Shown here piece by piece: positions 18,305 through 27,295 of a stretch of DNA of 64,000 nt (positions within the stretch are counted from its first letter, which is position 1; the number at the start of each line of letters is the position of its first letter). The position numbers were made by a program, and so were the translations under genes. The notes below the pieces were generated by a model that saw only the letters and a list, made by a program, of their open reading frames with translations, was not told the origin of the DNA and searched no databases. This DNA comes from Nitrospinales bacterium. GTDB lineage: Bacteria; Nitrospinota; Nitrospinia; Nitrospinales; VA-1. The stretch is from contig JBLFWU010000008.1 in the NCBI GenBank assembly GCA_047610985.1, positions 7,025 to 71,024 of the forward strand, written 5' to 3'.

Positions 18305-19276
18305 GTGAAGCCTGTCGTCACAGTAACCAATTTGTTTCCTGAAAAAGCGTTGGAAAAACTAAGTCCTCATTGTGATTTGAGAACCAATCAGACCGACCAT
18401 CCTCCTTCTGCTTCGGATTTAGAAAAAATAGCCTCCGAAAGCGTTGTTATGATCACTTACTTATCGGACAAAATTGGTCCGGGCATTATAGATAATGGTC
18501 CAAATTTAAAACTTATTGCCAATTATGGGGCCGGATTCAATAATATTGACGTGGCTTATGCCTCTAATCATGGAATCTGGGTCACTAACACTCCGGGAGT
18601 TTTGCACGAAACCACCGCCGATCTGACCTGGGCGATGATCCTGGGTGCGGCGCGAAACATTGTTCCGGCTGAGCGGTTTACCCGCGAAAACCGTTTCAAA
18701 GGGTGGTCTGCAAAAATGTATCTGGGGGGAGATGTTTATGGTAAGACCCTGGGAGTTATCGGTTGTGGTGAGATAGGTTCAGCGGTGGCCCGGCGAGCGT
18801 CTGGATTTAATATGAAAGTTCTTTATTGCAATAGAAACCGCATGGCTGAGGAAAAAGAAAATGCCTTAAATGCGCAATTTGCAGCGTTGGAAGATTTGCT
18901 GCGGCAATCTGATTTTGTGACAGTGCATGCTCCGCTTACAGAACAAACAAAATATATGATTGGAAAAGAGCAATTGTTGATGATGAAACCTACTGCATAT
19001 TTAATTCATACCGGACGCGGTAAAGTGGTGGATGATGCAGCATTGGTTGAAGTACTAAAAGATGGGAAAATTGCAGGTGCCGCGTTGGATGTTTATGAAA
19101 ACGAACCAGCTCTAACCGAGGGTATGACAGAATTGGAAAATCTGATGCTGCTGCCGCATATTGGCAGTGCAAGCTTCGAAACTCGCGATCGCATGGCGGA
19201 TCTTCTGGTGGATAATGTGTTAGATGTTATAGGCGGAAAAACTCCGCCTTGCCTAGTGCCGGGGTGGGGAAAATAG
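18305..19276 (+). CDS. D-isomer-specific 2-hydroxyacid dehydrogenase (glyoxylate/hydroxypyruvate reductase-like)
   Basis: NAD-binding GVIGCGEIGSAVARR; catalytic-domain motifs TGRGKVVD and PHIGSAS. Start moved to GTG 18305, preceded by AAAGGA; the ORF-track start is TTG 18287. Confidence 0.85.
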   Translation: MKPVVTVTNLFPEKALEKLSPHCDLRTNQTDHPPSASDLEKIASESVVMITYLSDKIGPGIIDNGPNLKLIANYGAGFNNIDVAYASNHGIWVTNTPGVLHETTADLTWAMILGAARNIVPAERFTRENRFKGWSAKMYLGGDVYGKTLGVIGCGEIGSAVARRASGFNMKVLYCNRNRMAEEKENALNAQFAALEDLLRQSDFVTVHAPLTEQTKYMIGKEQLLMMKPTAYLIHTGRGKVVDDAALVEVLKDGKIAGAALDVYENEPALTEGMTELENLMLLPHIGSASFETRDRMADLLVDNVLDVIGGKTPPCLVPGWGK

Positions 19277-19278
19277 CC

Positions 19279-20376
19279 TTAAACGTTAAACCGAAAATGC
19301 ATAATGTCGCCGTCTTGAACTACATAATCCTTACCTTCGACCCGTAGTTTGCCAGCTTCTTTAATGGCTGCTTCGGTTTTGTATTTTTCCAAATCTTCTA
19401 AGCAATAAACTTCAGCGCGGATAAAACCTTTTTCAAAGTCTGAATGGATGGCTCCTGCCGCTTGCGGGGCTTTTGAGTTTTTTGGAATCGTCCAAGCCCG
19501 GGTTTCCTTTTCTCCTGCGGTGAAATACGTGGAGAGTTCCAGCAGTCCATAGCCGGTGGCGATCATACGGTCGAGTCCGGTTTCAGTCAGCCCCATTTCT
19601 TCCATAAACATTTGCTGTTCCTCGGGGTCTTCCATTTCCATAATCTCACCTTCGATTTTTCCAGCAAGCGCGACGACTACAGACCCGTCTTGCTCGGCGA
19701 TGGCTTTTACTTTCTGAACCAGTTCGTTGTCAGTATCTCCAGGGTCCATGACATTGCAGATGTAAAGAACGGGTTTTGCACTTAAGAGAGTCAGGCTTTT
19801 AACAAAACTTTGATCATCATCAGAGAGTCCGGTAAGGGCTCTGGCAGGTTGACCATTGTTAATACCTTCGATTAACTTTTTAAGAACTTCCATTTGTGAA
19901 CGTGCTTCTTTGTCGCCGGATTTTGCTAGCTTCTCTATTTTGGTTTTTCGTTTATCCAGTGAGTCCATATCTGCAATCATCAACTCGGTGTTGATCGTGT
20001 CGATGTCAGCGGCTGGATCGATGATGTCACTTACATGAGGGACATTACCGTCTTCAAAACAACGCACAACATGGGCTATGGCGTCGACTTCGCGAATATG
20101 GCCGAGAAATTTATTTCCCAATCCTTCACCTTTGGATGCTCCTTTGATCAAGCCCGCGATATCAACGAACTCCATCGTTGTAGGAACGATTTTTTTTGTT
20201 TGGACATAGTGGGTGATGGTGTCCAGACGTTTATCTGGAACAGGTACAATGCCACTGTTTGGTTCAATGGTGGTGAAAGCGTAGTTTCCCGATTGCGCTT
20301 TCGTGCGTGTCAGTGCGCCGAATAAGGTTGATTTTCCGGCATTTGGTAGGCCGACCAGGCCACAGGTGAATCCCAT
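19279..20376 (-). CDS. ychF: Ribosome-binding ATPase YchF
   Basis: G1 motif [17 protein letters not shown]-like C-terminus [11 protein letters not shown], 365 aa. Confidence 0.95.
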   Translation of the reverse strand: MGFTCGLVGLPNAGKSTLFGALTRTKAQSGNYAFTTIEPNSGIVPVPDKRLDTITHYVQTKKIVPTTMEFVDIAGLIKGASKGEGLGNKFLGHIREVDAIAHVVRCFEDGNVPHVSDIIDPAADIDTINTELMIADMDSLDKRKTKIEKLAKSGDKEARSQMEVLKKLIEGINNGQPARALTGLSDDDQSFVKSLTLLSAKPVLYICNVMDPGDTDNELVQKVKAIAEQDGSVVVALAGKIEGEIMEMEDPEEQQMFMEEMGLTETGLDRMIATGYGLLELSTYFTAGEKETRAWTIPKNSKAPQAAGAIHSDFEKGFIRAEVYCLEDLEKYKTEAAIKEAGKLRVEGKDYVVQDGDIMHFRFNV

Positions 20377-20392
20377 TTGAAAAATGACTCCT

Positions 20393-21808
20393 TTAAGTGT
20401 TGGTTTTTTGAGATGAAGGAAATGGTTTTAAAAAAAACAGAGCCAAGAATACCAGAAAAGCGTAAGCGGCGATAATTTTAAAAAACTCCTGTGGTGATAC
20501 AAAACTATAGAGAGTGAGGAAACAAACCGCACCGACACTTCCATAAGCCCCTGTTAATCCCGCCAATTGGCCCGTCAGGCTTTTCTTGATTAAAGGAACA
20601 GCAGCAAAACACGCTCCATTTCCGGCTTTAAAAAAGATGGACCCGATTAAAACAAGAGCGATCGCGTTTGGAAGTTGCCAGGTAGAGTTTATTTCTCCGA
20701 TGAATCCGTGGGTCACCATGCCGCCGAGAACGAGAAAAATGAGTATTTGTTTGCGACCAAACCGATCAGAAGCCCAGCCGCCGCCAGGACGAGCTACCAG
20801 ATTCATAAAAGCATAACTGGCTCCCAGCATTCCTGCCACCCCTACTGAAAGAGAGAAAGTTGTTTCTAGAAATTGCGGAAATATTGAAACGATAGCCAAC
20901 TCGGAACCGAAGGTAAGGGAATAAACCATGCTTAAAATAGCGACCTGGCTGAATGAATATTTTTCTTCACCAGCGTCCGGCTGTTCAATGTAGGGTAAAT
21001 TAATCTGCCAGCAGCGGAAAATCTGGATCGCAAGCATTCCTGATAGTCCCGACATCAATAGCCATGATAGTGGAGAAGGAATTAATGTGAAGGGGTGCCC
21101 AGACAGTTTCCATACAAAAAGTGCAAGAGAACCGTAAATGGGTATTAGGATAAGAGATTGTAAGAACAGGTCTTTTCTGGAATAGACTTTGATGGTGCTG
21201 TGTACTGCCATTTCAAAATTATGACTTCTTTCAGGTATATCCGGACAAAATCGAAAATAAACATATGCCCAGATAATGCAAAGAATGCCAGAAAAAGCAG
21301 TGGCGATTCTCCAGCCAATATCGATGGAAAAAGGCAGAGCAATGAGAGGTAGAGAGAAGGCGGCTGCGGCGGCACCGAAGTTCCCCCAACCCGCATAGAT
21401 TCCTTGGGCTATTCCCATTTTATTATGTGGAAACCATTCTGCGATCATTTTTATACCGACTACGAATCCGCCGCCGACCACTCCCATCAGCAGACGAGTG
21501 ACCAGCAGGCCTTCAAAACTTTCGCAAAGGGAAAAGGCTATGCAAACCACCCCTGAGAAAAGGAGCAGTCCGCTAAAAACTTTTTGTGGGCCATATTGGT
21601 CGGTCAAAGAACCGATGACGATGCGTGCTGGGATGGTGAGAACTACATTGCAAATCATCAAAATATTTACTTCAGTTTGAGTCAGCCCCAACTGATGTAA
21701 GATCGTTGTGTTGAACGGAGCCATGTTGAACCAGGCTACAAATGTCAGGAAAAATGCGATCCATGTCAAATGCAGGGTGCGCGACTGCGTTGAAGAGAAA
21801 CCTAACAT
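20393..21808 (-). CDS. narK: MFS transporter, nitrate/nitrite porter (NarK/NNP) type
   Basis: About 12 TM helices. MFS motif GWASDRFGRKQ. NNP-signature-like glycine motifs YAGWGNFGAA and FFKAGNGACFA. Confidence 0.75.
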   Translation of the reverse strand: MLGFSSTQSRTLHLTWIAFFLTFVAWFNMAPFNTTILHQLGLTQTEVNILMICNVVLTIPARIVIGSLTDQYGPQKVFSGLLLFSGVVCIAFSLCESFEGLLVTRLLMGVVGGGFVVGIKMIAEWFPHNKMGIAQGIYAGWGNFGAAAAAFSLPLIALPFSIDIGWRIATAFSGILCIIWAYVYFRFCPDIPERSHNFEMAVHSTIKVYSRKDLFLQSLILIPIYGSLALFVWKLSGHPFTLIPSPLSWLLMSGLSGMLAIQIFRCWQINLPYIEQPDAGEEKYSFSQVAILSMVYSLTFGSELAIVSIFPQFLETTFSLSVGVAGMLGASYAFMNLVARPGGGWASDRFGRKQILIFLVLGGMVTHGFIGEINSTWQLPNAIALVLIGSIFFKAGNGACFAAVPLIKKSLTGQLAGLTGAYGSVGAVCFLTLYSFVSPQEFFKIIAAYAFLVFLALFFLKPFPSSQKTNT

Positions 21809-21822
21809 TTATTTTGAAGTGG

Positions 21823-22161
21823 TTATTCGGGGGTATTGGTCATTAGCTGGTGAGACTTAACTACGCCATTTTTTTCGAAAACGATAATCATGTCCTTTAT
21901 GATATCGGAGCCGAAGGAATTGATGTGGTTATATTCATAGGTCCATACGGAGTATCCATTTTGAATGCCCTTTTTAAACGGGGGGCCAAACATAGCCTGA
22001 ACCTCTTTGTGGGTAGTCGTTCCTTTTACTATATTGGCATAAAGTGATGCATCAAAATTTTTTCCGGCTGTTCCGCATCCTGAAAATAAAATAGCCAGAA
22101 TCATTATGGCAAAGCTAATTTGCAGAGAAAGATTGGCTTTATGAAGTCCGATTTTTTTCAT
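21823..22161 (-). CDS. Small lipoprotein (SmpA/OmlA-BamE-like fold suspected)
   Basis: Lipobox LFSGC after a signal peptide; 112 aa. Its start overlaps the rng stop by 4 nt. Confidence 0.5.
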   Translation of the reverse strand: MKKIGLHKANLSLQISFAIMILAILFSGCGTAGKNFDASLYANIVKGTTTHKEVQAMFGPPFKKGIQNGYSVWTYEYNHINSFGSDIIKDMIIVFEKNGVVKSHQLMTNTPE

Positions 22162-23690
22162 GAGGTTTCGATATAGTATTTTTCTCGGTGGAGCTTTGGA
22201 TTTACGTTGAATGTGATTTCAAGGTTATTTTGTTTTTCCATTTCTTCCAGCAATCCGCTTTCTTCCTCAAACAGCATGTCGTATATAACAGGGTGAACTT
22301 TTATTTCCAGATTTTTATTGGTGATGTTGTCGTTGCCTCTGCGTTGGATTTCGCGGATGATTTCATAGCAGATGGTTGTAGGGCTTTTAATATAGCCTTT
22401 CCCGTCGCAGTAATCGCAGGGGTCGCACAGGGTCTGCACCAGACTTTCGCGAACGCGTTTTCGAGTCATTTCTACCAAGCCCAGTTCAGAAATTTTCAGG
22501 ATGCGGGTACGCGAACGATCACTTTTCAAAGCTTGTTTCAGAGCATTTGATACGATCTCTTTGTTTTCTTCATTAGCCATGTCAATGAAATCTACAATGA
22601 TGATGCCGCCAAAATTTCTGAGGCGTAGCTGGTAGACCACTTCTTTTAAGGCTTCGAGATTGGTTTTTAGAATCGTATCTTCCGGGTCACTATGTCCCAC
22701 ATATTTCCCAGTGTTTACATCAATGGCAACCAGGGCTTCGGTTTGGTCTATTATAATGTAACCTCCAGACTTCAACCAGATGGTTCGTCCCAATGCGCGG
22801 TTGATATCCAACTCGACACCATAATGATCGAAGATCGGCATCGAGTCTTTATACAATTCGATTTTATCCGATAGATGCGGCATGTAAGTTGTGCAAAACT
22901 CCAGACATTTTTCGTAGTCTGATTTTGAGTCAATGATCAACCGCTCGGTGTTATTGGTGAATAGATCGCGGATAGATCGGAAAATTAGGTTGAGGTCTTC
23001 GTAGACCAGATGGGGTGCGCTGATGTCTTCGGATTTTTTTTTCAGATTCTCCCATAGATGATGCAGAAAACTCACATCCGATTCGAAATCGGATCTTAGG
23101 GCATCCTGACCCGCTGTGCGGACGATATAACCGGCACCCTCGTTACCCACTTCGCTGATAAGTTGTTTTAAACGTTCTTTTTCGGTTTCATCTTCTATTC
23201 GTCGGGAAACACTTATATGATTGATTGTAGGCATGTAGACCACATGCCTCCCGGGAAGCGTGATGTAATTGGTGATGCGCGCTCCCTTGGTCCCTAAAGG
23301 ATTTTTTGCAATTTGTACCAGAATCTCCTGGCCCTCTTGGAGAATATCCTGAATTTTTATATCATGGTGAGGTCGGCCTGGTTTTCCTTCGAAAGGAAGG
23401 TCTTTGTCTTCTTCTGCAAGGGGTGGCGGTGCCAAAGGGTCTTCTTCTAGTCCAAGCATATCTACCACATCAATGTCACCTACATAGAGAAAACCGGCTT
23501 TCTCAAGACCGATATCTACAAAGGCAACCTGCATCCCCGGAAGAATTTTGGTCACTTTGCCTTTGTAAATATTACCGACAATTCCCTTATGGGCGTTATG
23601 CTCGATGAACAATTCGACCAACAGGTTATTTTCCATCAAAGCAACCCGAATTTCACGCTGGTTTGAATTGATGAATATTTCCGAAGACAT
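22158..23690 (-). CDS. rng: Ribonuclease G / RNase E-G family endoribonuclease
   Basis: N-terminal S1 domain (GNIYKGKVTKILPGMQVAFVDIG), RNase E/G catalytic core (IDVNTGKY..., GGIIIVDFIDM), and a CPxC zinc-link-like CDPCDYCDG. 510 aa with no long scaffold tail. Confidence 0.9.
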   Translation of the reverse strand: MSSEIFINSNQREIRVALMENNLLVELFIEHNAHKGIVGNIYKGKVTKILPGMQVAFVDIGLEKAGFLYVGDIDVVDMLGLEEDPLAPPPLAEEDKDLPFEGKPGRPHHDIKIQDILQEGQEILVQIAKNPLGTKGARITNYITLPGRHVVYMPTINHISVSRRIEDETEKERLKQLISEVGNEGAGYIVRTAGQDALRSDFESDVSFLHHLWENLKKKSEDISAPHLVYEDLNLIFRSIRDLFTNNTERLIIDSKSDYEKCLEFCTTYMPHLSDKIELYKDSMPIFDHYGVELDINRALGRTIWLKSGGYIIIDQTEALVAIDVNTGKYVGHSDPEDTILKTNLEALKEVVYQLRLRNFGGIIIVDFIDMANEENKEIVSNALKQALKSDRSRTRILKISELGLVEMTRKRVRESLVQTLCDPCDYCDGKGYIKSPTTICYEIIREIQRRGNDNITNKNLEIKVHPVIYDMLFEEESGLLEEMEKQNNLEITFNVNPKLHREKYYIETS

Positions 23691-23849
23691 AAGTTTTTCC
23701 TGATTGAAAAGGGAGTTGGAGGTATTATAACACGCTACAAGCTCCAGAGCCTGATAAAACTCCCCTTACAGAGGAAGATAAGCGAACCGTATGTGAAAGG
23801 AGTTACGATATCTATAAGTCTGATGGGTATCTACTGGTTGCTTCCCCAG

Positions 23850-24950
23850 CTAGTGGATAGTGCGGCGCATTTCCACGTTCAACAGCAAGCCAATTGCAAA
23901 AAAATTCGTGATGAGGGAGGATCCTCCATAACTCACAAAAGGCAAAGGTATGCCTGTGATAGGGAAGATTCCGATGGTCATGCCGACGTTAAAAATTATA
24001 TAGAAGGCAATGGAAATGATAAGACCCAGAGAAAGGAAAAATCCAAAACGATCGGCGGCGCGAAAGGCAATGTTCAACCCTTTTAATATGATAAAGACGA
24101 ATAAGGAAATAAGAAGGATCACACCAAAGAATCCGGTTTCCTCCGCAAAAACGGAAAAAATAAAATCCGTATGTTTTTCCGGGAGAAAGTTGAGTCGACT
24201 CTGGGTGCCAGCAAATAATCCTTTGCCCCAAAATCCCCCTGATCCGATTGCTATTTTAGACTGAATAGAGTGATAACCCGCGCCTAAAGGGTCTAGTTCA
24301 GGATTAAACAAGGTATGCAATCTTGCTTTCTGGTAGTCCTTAAGAACAAACCATAGCGTAGGTGCTAAAGCAAACCCGCCAATAAACAGCTTGATCAATG
24401 TCGCACGATTGATTTCGATAGCCACAATGAATGCAAGAAAGATAAATAAAATCATCATGGTGGTGCCCAGGTCTGGTTGTACGACGATGAATCCACCTAT
24501 TGTAGCGGTTAGCAGAGCAGGGACGACAAGATCGCGCAGGGTATATTGGCCTGAAAGTTTTCCCGACTCAAAGTATTTTGCGAGGGTGATGATGATAGCA
24601 ATCTTGGCAAACTCAGAAATCTGAAAGCTTTGTGAACCAATATGTATCCAACGCTTAGACCCTGACACCACGACACCGTTGAGCAAAACATAACCCAACC
24701 CGATAATTGTCAATGCGTAAATGAGATAGGCGTAGCGGCTGAACCAGCGATAGTCCAATGCCAGAGCAACCAGCATGGCAATGAGGCCGTAGCCGATCCA
24801 ATAAATCTGTTTGATGTATAGTCCTCGAAAAAATTCTTCAGGGCGTGCATGATTGGCGCTATAGATAGCGACCACCCCAATCACCGATACAAGCAGGATG
24901 CTCAAGAAATACAACCAGTTGAAGTTGGATACTAGACGACGGTCAATCAT
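23850..24950 (-). CDS. rodA: SEDS family peptidoglycan glycosyltransferase (RodA-like)
   Basis: Ten-TM FtsW/RodA/SpoVE pattern: QSKIAIGSGGFWGKGL, LPEKHTDFIFSVFAEETGF, ITGIPLPFVSYGGSS. Confidence 0.8.
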   Translation of the reverse strand: MIDRRLVSNFNWLYFLSILLVSVIGVVAIYSANHARPEEFFRGLYIKQIYWIGYGLIAMLVALALDYRWFSRYAYLIYALTIIGLGYVLLNGVVVSGSKRWIHIGSQSFQISEFAKIAIIITLAKYFESGKLSGQYTLRDLVVPALLTATIGGFIVVQPDLGTTMMILFIFLAFIVAIEINRATLIKLFIGGFALAPTLWFVLKDYQKARLHTLFNPELDPLGAGYHSIQSKIAIGSGGFWGKGLFAGTQSRLNFLPEKHTDFIFSVFAEETGFFGVILLISLFVFIILKGLNIAFRAADRFGFFLSLGLIISIAFYIIFNVGMTIGIFPITGIPLPFVSYGGSSLITNFFAIGLLLNVEMRRTIH

Positions 24951-25067
24951 AATCGAAATTTTACCACAACTAATTGAAAAATAGTCTGTTGTTTTATCTA
25001 GGCTGCTGTTTGAGCAAAGTTGAGATTATATGGGATTTGGGCTATCTTAAAAGGCAGGAGGTAGCTT

Positions 25068-25226
25068 ATGGAAAATAAGAATCAGAAAAAAAGCGCAGAT
25101 GAAGTTTCTGGAAAAAACGAAAAAAGCGAAAAAGAAAAAATGGAAGAACAGAAAAAACAAAGTGCCCGACTGGCAGAGCGTAAAGGCCAACGACCTGCGT
25201 TTCCTTTTAGCAGAAAAAAGCTTTAA
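25068..25226 (+). CDS. Unlisted 52-aa Lys/Glu-rich small protein (MENKNQKKSADEVSGKNEKSEKEKMEEQKKQSARLAERKGQRPAFPFSRKKL)
   Basis: ATG at 25068 is preceded by GGAGG (25057-25061). A sigma70-like TTGAGA-17-TATCTT lies upstream. It is below the ORF-track length cutoff. Its stop overlaps the convergent redoxin gene stop by 4 nt. Confidence 0.4.
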   Translation: MENKNQKKSADEVSGKNEKSEKEKMEEQKKQSARLAERKGQRPAFPFSRKKL

Positions 25227-25744
25227 GACTTTTTTAGCAATTGGCGAATTGCTGATTCGGTCGCCTGATAACGTCCTTCCCCGAAATGCATGTAACGGAC
25301 TCTTCCCTGTCGGTCGATTAAATATAATGCCGGCCAATAGCGGTTTTTATATGCCCGCCATAAACGAAATCCGTTATCCTGAGCTACCGGAAATCTTATC
25401 TGATGTTTTTTAACTGCTTGTAGAACATTCTGATATTTTTTTTCAAAACCAAATTCTGGCGCGTGTATTCCCAGAACCACAAGACCGTGGCCTTTATATT
25501 TTTTGTGCCAGGTTTTCACATAAGGCATTGCGTTCAAACAGTTGATGCAGGAGTAAGTCCAAAAATCAATCAGCACCACTTTCCCAAGCAATTGTCGCAT
25601 CGATGCAATAGGGGGAGTGTTGATCCAGTTTTCCAATCCTCTGAATTCCGGTGCTGGGTAAAGCACGGGCAATGATGATGAGGTGGTTTCTTTGCCAGAG
25701 GTTTTTTTTTGGCTGAATAAATTCCCGAAAAAGTTGTTGTCCAT
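25223..25744 (-). CDS. Thioredoxin-fold redoxin (DipZ C-terminal-like)
   Basis: FWTYSCINCLNAMPYV CxxC active site; GVHAPEF-type motif (LGIHAPEFGFEK). Confidence 0.75.
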   Translation of the reverse strand: MDNNFFGNLFSQKKTSGKETTSSSLPVLYPAPEFRGLENWINTPPIASMRQLLGKVVLIDFWTYSCINCLNAMPYVKTWHKKYKGHGLVVLGIHAPEFGFEKKYQNVLQAVKKHQIRFPVAQDNGFRLWRAYKNRYWPALYLIDRQGRVRYMHFGEGRYQATESAIRQLLKKS

Positions 25745-25846
25745 ATTAAAATCCTATCAGAGTTTTAATTTTAGTCGTAAAATTTATACTGACCTTACAC
25801 CTCGAATCCTTTGCAATAACTTGAACAACACTCCTAGGAATTAATT

Positions 25847-26365
25847 ATGAAAGATTGTCCCTGCGGTTCTGATTTCCCATACACTGATTGCTGCGGTCCT
25901 TTGATTCGTGGTACAGGTTTTGCCGATACGGCGGAAGACCTGATGCGCTCCCGGTACACTGCTTTTGCACAAAAAAACTGGGAATATCTGGTTTTGACCA
26001 GTCACCCCGAAGAAAAAAAAGAAATGGCCCGACTGGAATCATCTTTGATAGATCAAGAGGCTGAATGGAAAAAACTGGAAATAGTAGGTACTCGAAAAGG
26101 TGGTAGTGAGGATAACGAAGGTCAGGTCGATTTTATCGCGCACTATTTAAAGGATGGAACGCCACAGACCTTGCGTGAATCTTCGCGTTTTTATAAGGTC
26201 AACGGGCGCTGGGTTTATAGTAGAAAAGACTCCTCTCTCCCGCCTGTTCTCGCGGCACCTTTGAAAAAACCGAAAACATTTATCCGCGAGGAAGCTAAAG
26301 TCGGGCGTAACGATCCTTGCCCTTGTGGAAGCGGTAAAAAGTACAAAAAATGTTGTGCCTCCTAA
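25847..26365 (+). CDS. ychJ: YchJ family SEC-C motif protein (UPF0225)
   Basis: N-terminal CPCGS...CC and C-terminal [20 protein letters not shown] metal-binding motifs; MRSRYTAF block. Confidence 0.85.
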   Translation: MKDCPCGSDFPYTDCCGPLIRGTGFADTAEDLMRSRYTAFAQKNWEYLVLTSHPEEKKEMARLESSLIDQEAEWKKLEIVGTRKGGSEDNEGQVDFIAHYLKDGTPQTLRESSRFYKVNGRWVYSRKDSSLPPVLAAPLKKPKTFIREEAKVGRNDPCPCGSGKKYKKCCAS

Positions 26366-26612
26366 CGTTGAAGCTAAGTTTTAAGGGCATAATCTTGATG
26401 CCAACTCGATGCTTCTTTTCCTTTTATAGTGAGTAATGTTGGTGGACTGTAGTCAAAGAGACTATGGTATTTGTAGGATTAGCGGGTATTGACCAATTCC
26501 CAATACGCCAGCGAGCAAGGCTATATAAATCAATGGTATTTTGTTTTGTATACTTTCTAATCGATGCCCCTGAAAGCCTTAATTGACACTCGCTAGCCCA
26601 ACCACTCCCAAA

Positions 26613-26648
26613 CTTTTCCACAGGTTGTTAACAATTTTTGTGGAAAAG
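26613..26648. promoter_or_regulatory. Inverted pair of DnaA-box-like 9-mers within a 36-bp imperfect palindrome
   Basis: TTTTCCACA at 26614-26622 (+) and TGTGGAAAA at 26639-26647, which is TTTTCCACA on the minus strand. The 10-bp arms cttttccaca/tgtggaaaag flank the palindromic ttgttaacaa. Confidence 0.55.
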
Positions 26649-27016
26649 AATTTGCACGACTATCCCCTCTGTCAATGCCTTGTGGGACAAGGCTATCTAT
26701 ACCAATATGTTTGAAAGGCTCTATTTTTAGCCTTGAAAGGCGGGTGCAGGCGAGAACTACCCTTATCTAGAGTGAATTCATTGCAAAGAAAAGTAGAATT
26801 GCGGCGGCCTTTATATGTCATGAAAATACCCTGCGTCAAAATTCCAGTGGGACTTTAGTGCTGGTTTTAAGCCTTTATATGGAAAGAATTACTTTAATAA
26901 ATATGAAGGGTTTTTTGACTCGCGAGTTTAGTGGATATCCGGCTGCCAAGAATTTGTTACCAATTTTAGCCTTTAATGCTCGGCACAATCAGCGGGGCGC
27001 ACTCTAGAAAAAAAAA

Positions 27017-27025
27017 TGTGAAAAA
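27017..27025 (-). promoter_or_regulatory. DnaA-box-like 9-mer
   Basis: TGTGAAAAA on the plus strand equals TTTTTCACA on the minus strand, matching TTWTNCACA. Confidence 0.45.
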
Positions 27026-27150
27026 CTGTTAAAACTCGAATGGTCTGTCAATAAATAAATGTCAGATGGAGTAAAATACCATAAGTAGTTGAAATAATGT
27101 ATTTTATCGTTATTTTGATATGACAGGTTTTCATCGTTCTCAATTTCAAG
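27026..27150. other. AT-rich tract (possible DNA unwinding element)
   Basis: Visibly the most AT-rich stretch of the gap (e.g. gtcaataaataaatgtcag, gaaataatgtattttatcgttattttgatatg). It lies between DnaA-box-like sites. Confidence 0.35.
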
Positions 27151-27177
27151 TTTTTATCCAGCAGGGTGAAATGAAGT

Positions 27178-27197
27178 TTATTCACAAGTTATTCACA
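27178..27197 (+). promoter_or_regulatory. Tandem DnaA-box-like 9-mers
   Basis: TTATTCACA (27178-27186), then ag, then TTATTCACA (27189-27197). Each is one mismatch from TTATCCACA and matches TTWTNCACA. Confidence 0.55.
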
Positions 27198-27295
27198 GTT
27201 TGAAATTTTGTTAAGACTTGTTTATTTGTTCTTTATTGAACTGGCGAGGGAATTAATTTTGGTGTGGAGAGCCGTCAAAGTGCTTGCGCTATATA

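Larger units (their letters stand above)
26366..27295. other. Candidate chromosomal replication origin (oriC-like DnaA-box cluster plus AT-rich tract plus short repeats)
   Basis: A 930-bp gap with no credible CDS lies between convergent genes. It holds five matches to TTWTNCACA, several 2-mismatch sites, an AT-rich block at 27026-27150, and repeated AGCCTT-containing motifs. Confidence 0.5.

Noticed and set aside
25099-25413. A 104-aa plus-strand ORF (MKFLEKTKKAKKKKW...)
   Set aside because: Most of it is antisense to the well-supported redoxin CDS, and it has no RBS. The plausible small gene in this gap is the other-frame 52-aa ORF at 25068-25226.
26424-26621. A 65-aa minus-strand ORF inside the large gap
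   Set aside because: It has a GTG start lying inside a DnaA-box-like palindrome and no RBS. Its composition is not protein-like and I recognise no family. It is treated as a chance ORF in non-coding DNA.
26517-26973. Whether the repeated AGCCTT-containing motifs form a CRISPR array
   Set aside because: The repeats are only 10-19 nt long, irregularly spaced, and in both orientations. No cas genes are present. This does not fit CRISPR architecture.
27087-27114. dif-like XerC/D site (agttgaaATAATGTATTTTATcgttatt), which would make the gap a terminus rather than an origin
   Set aside because: Only the AT-rich central part resembles E. coli dif (CATAATGTATATTATG). The outer arms match poorly (about 6/11 and 7/11 by my alignment), in very AT-rich DNA. 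The DnaA-box cluster argues for an origin-type locus. A terminus cannot be fully excluded without GC-skew data.
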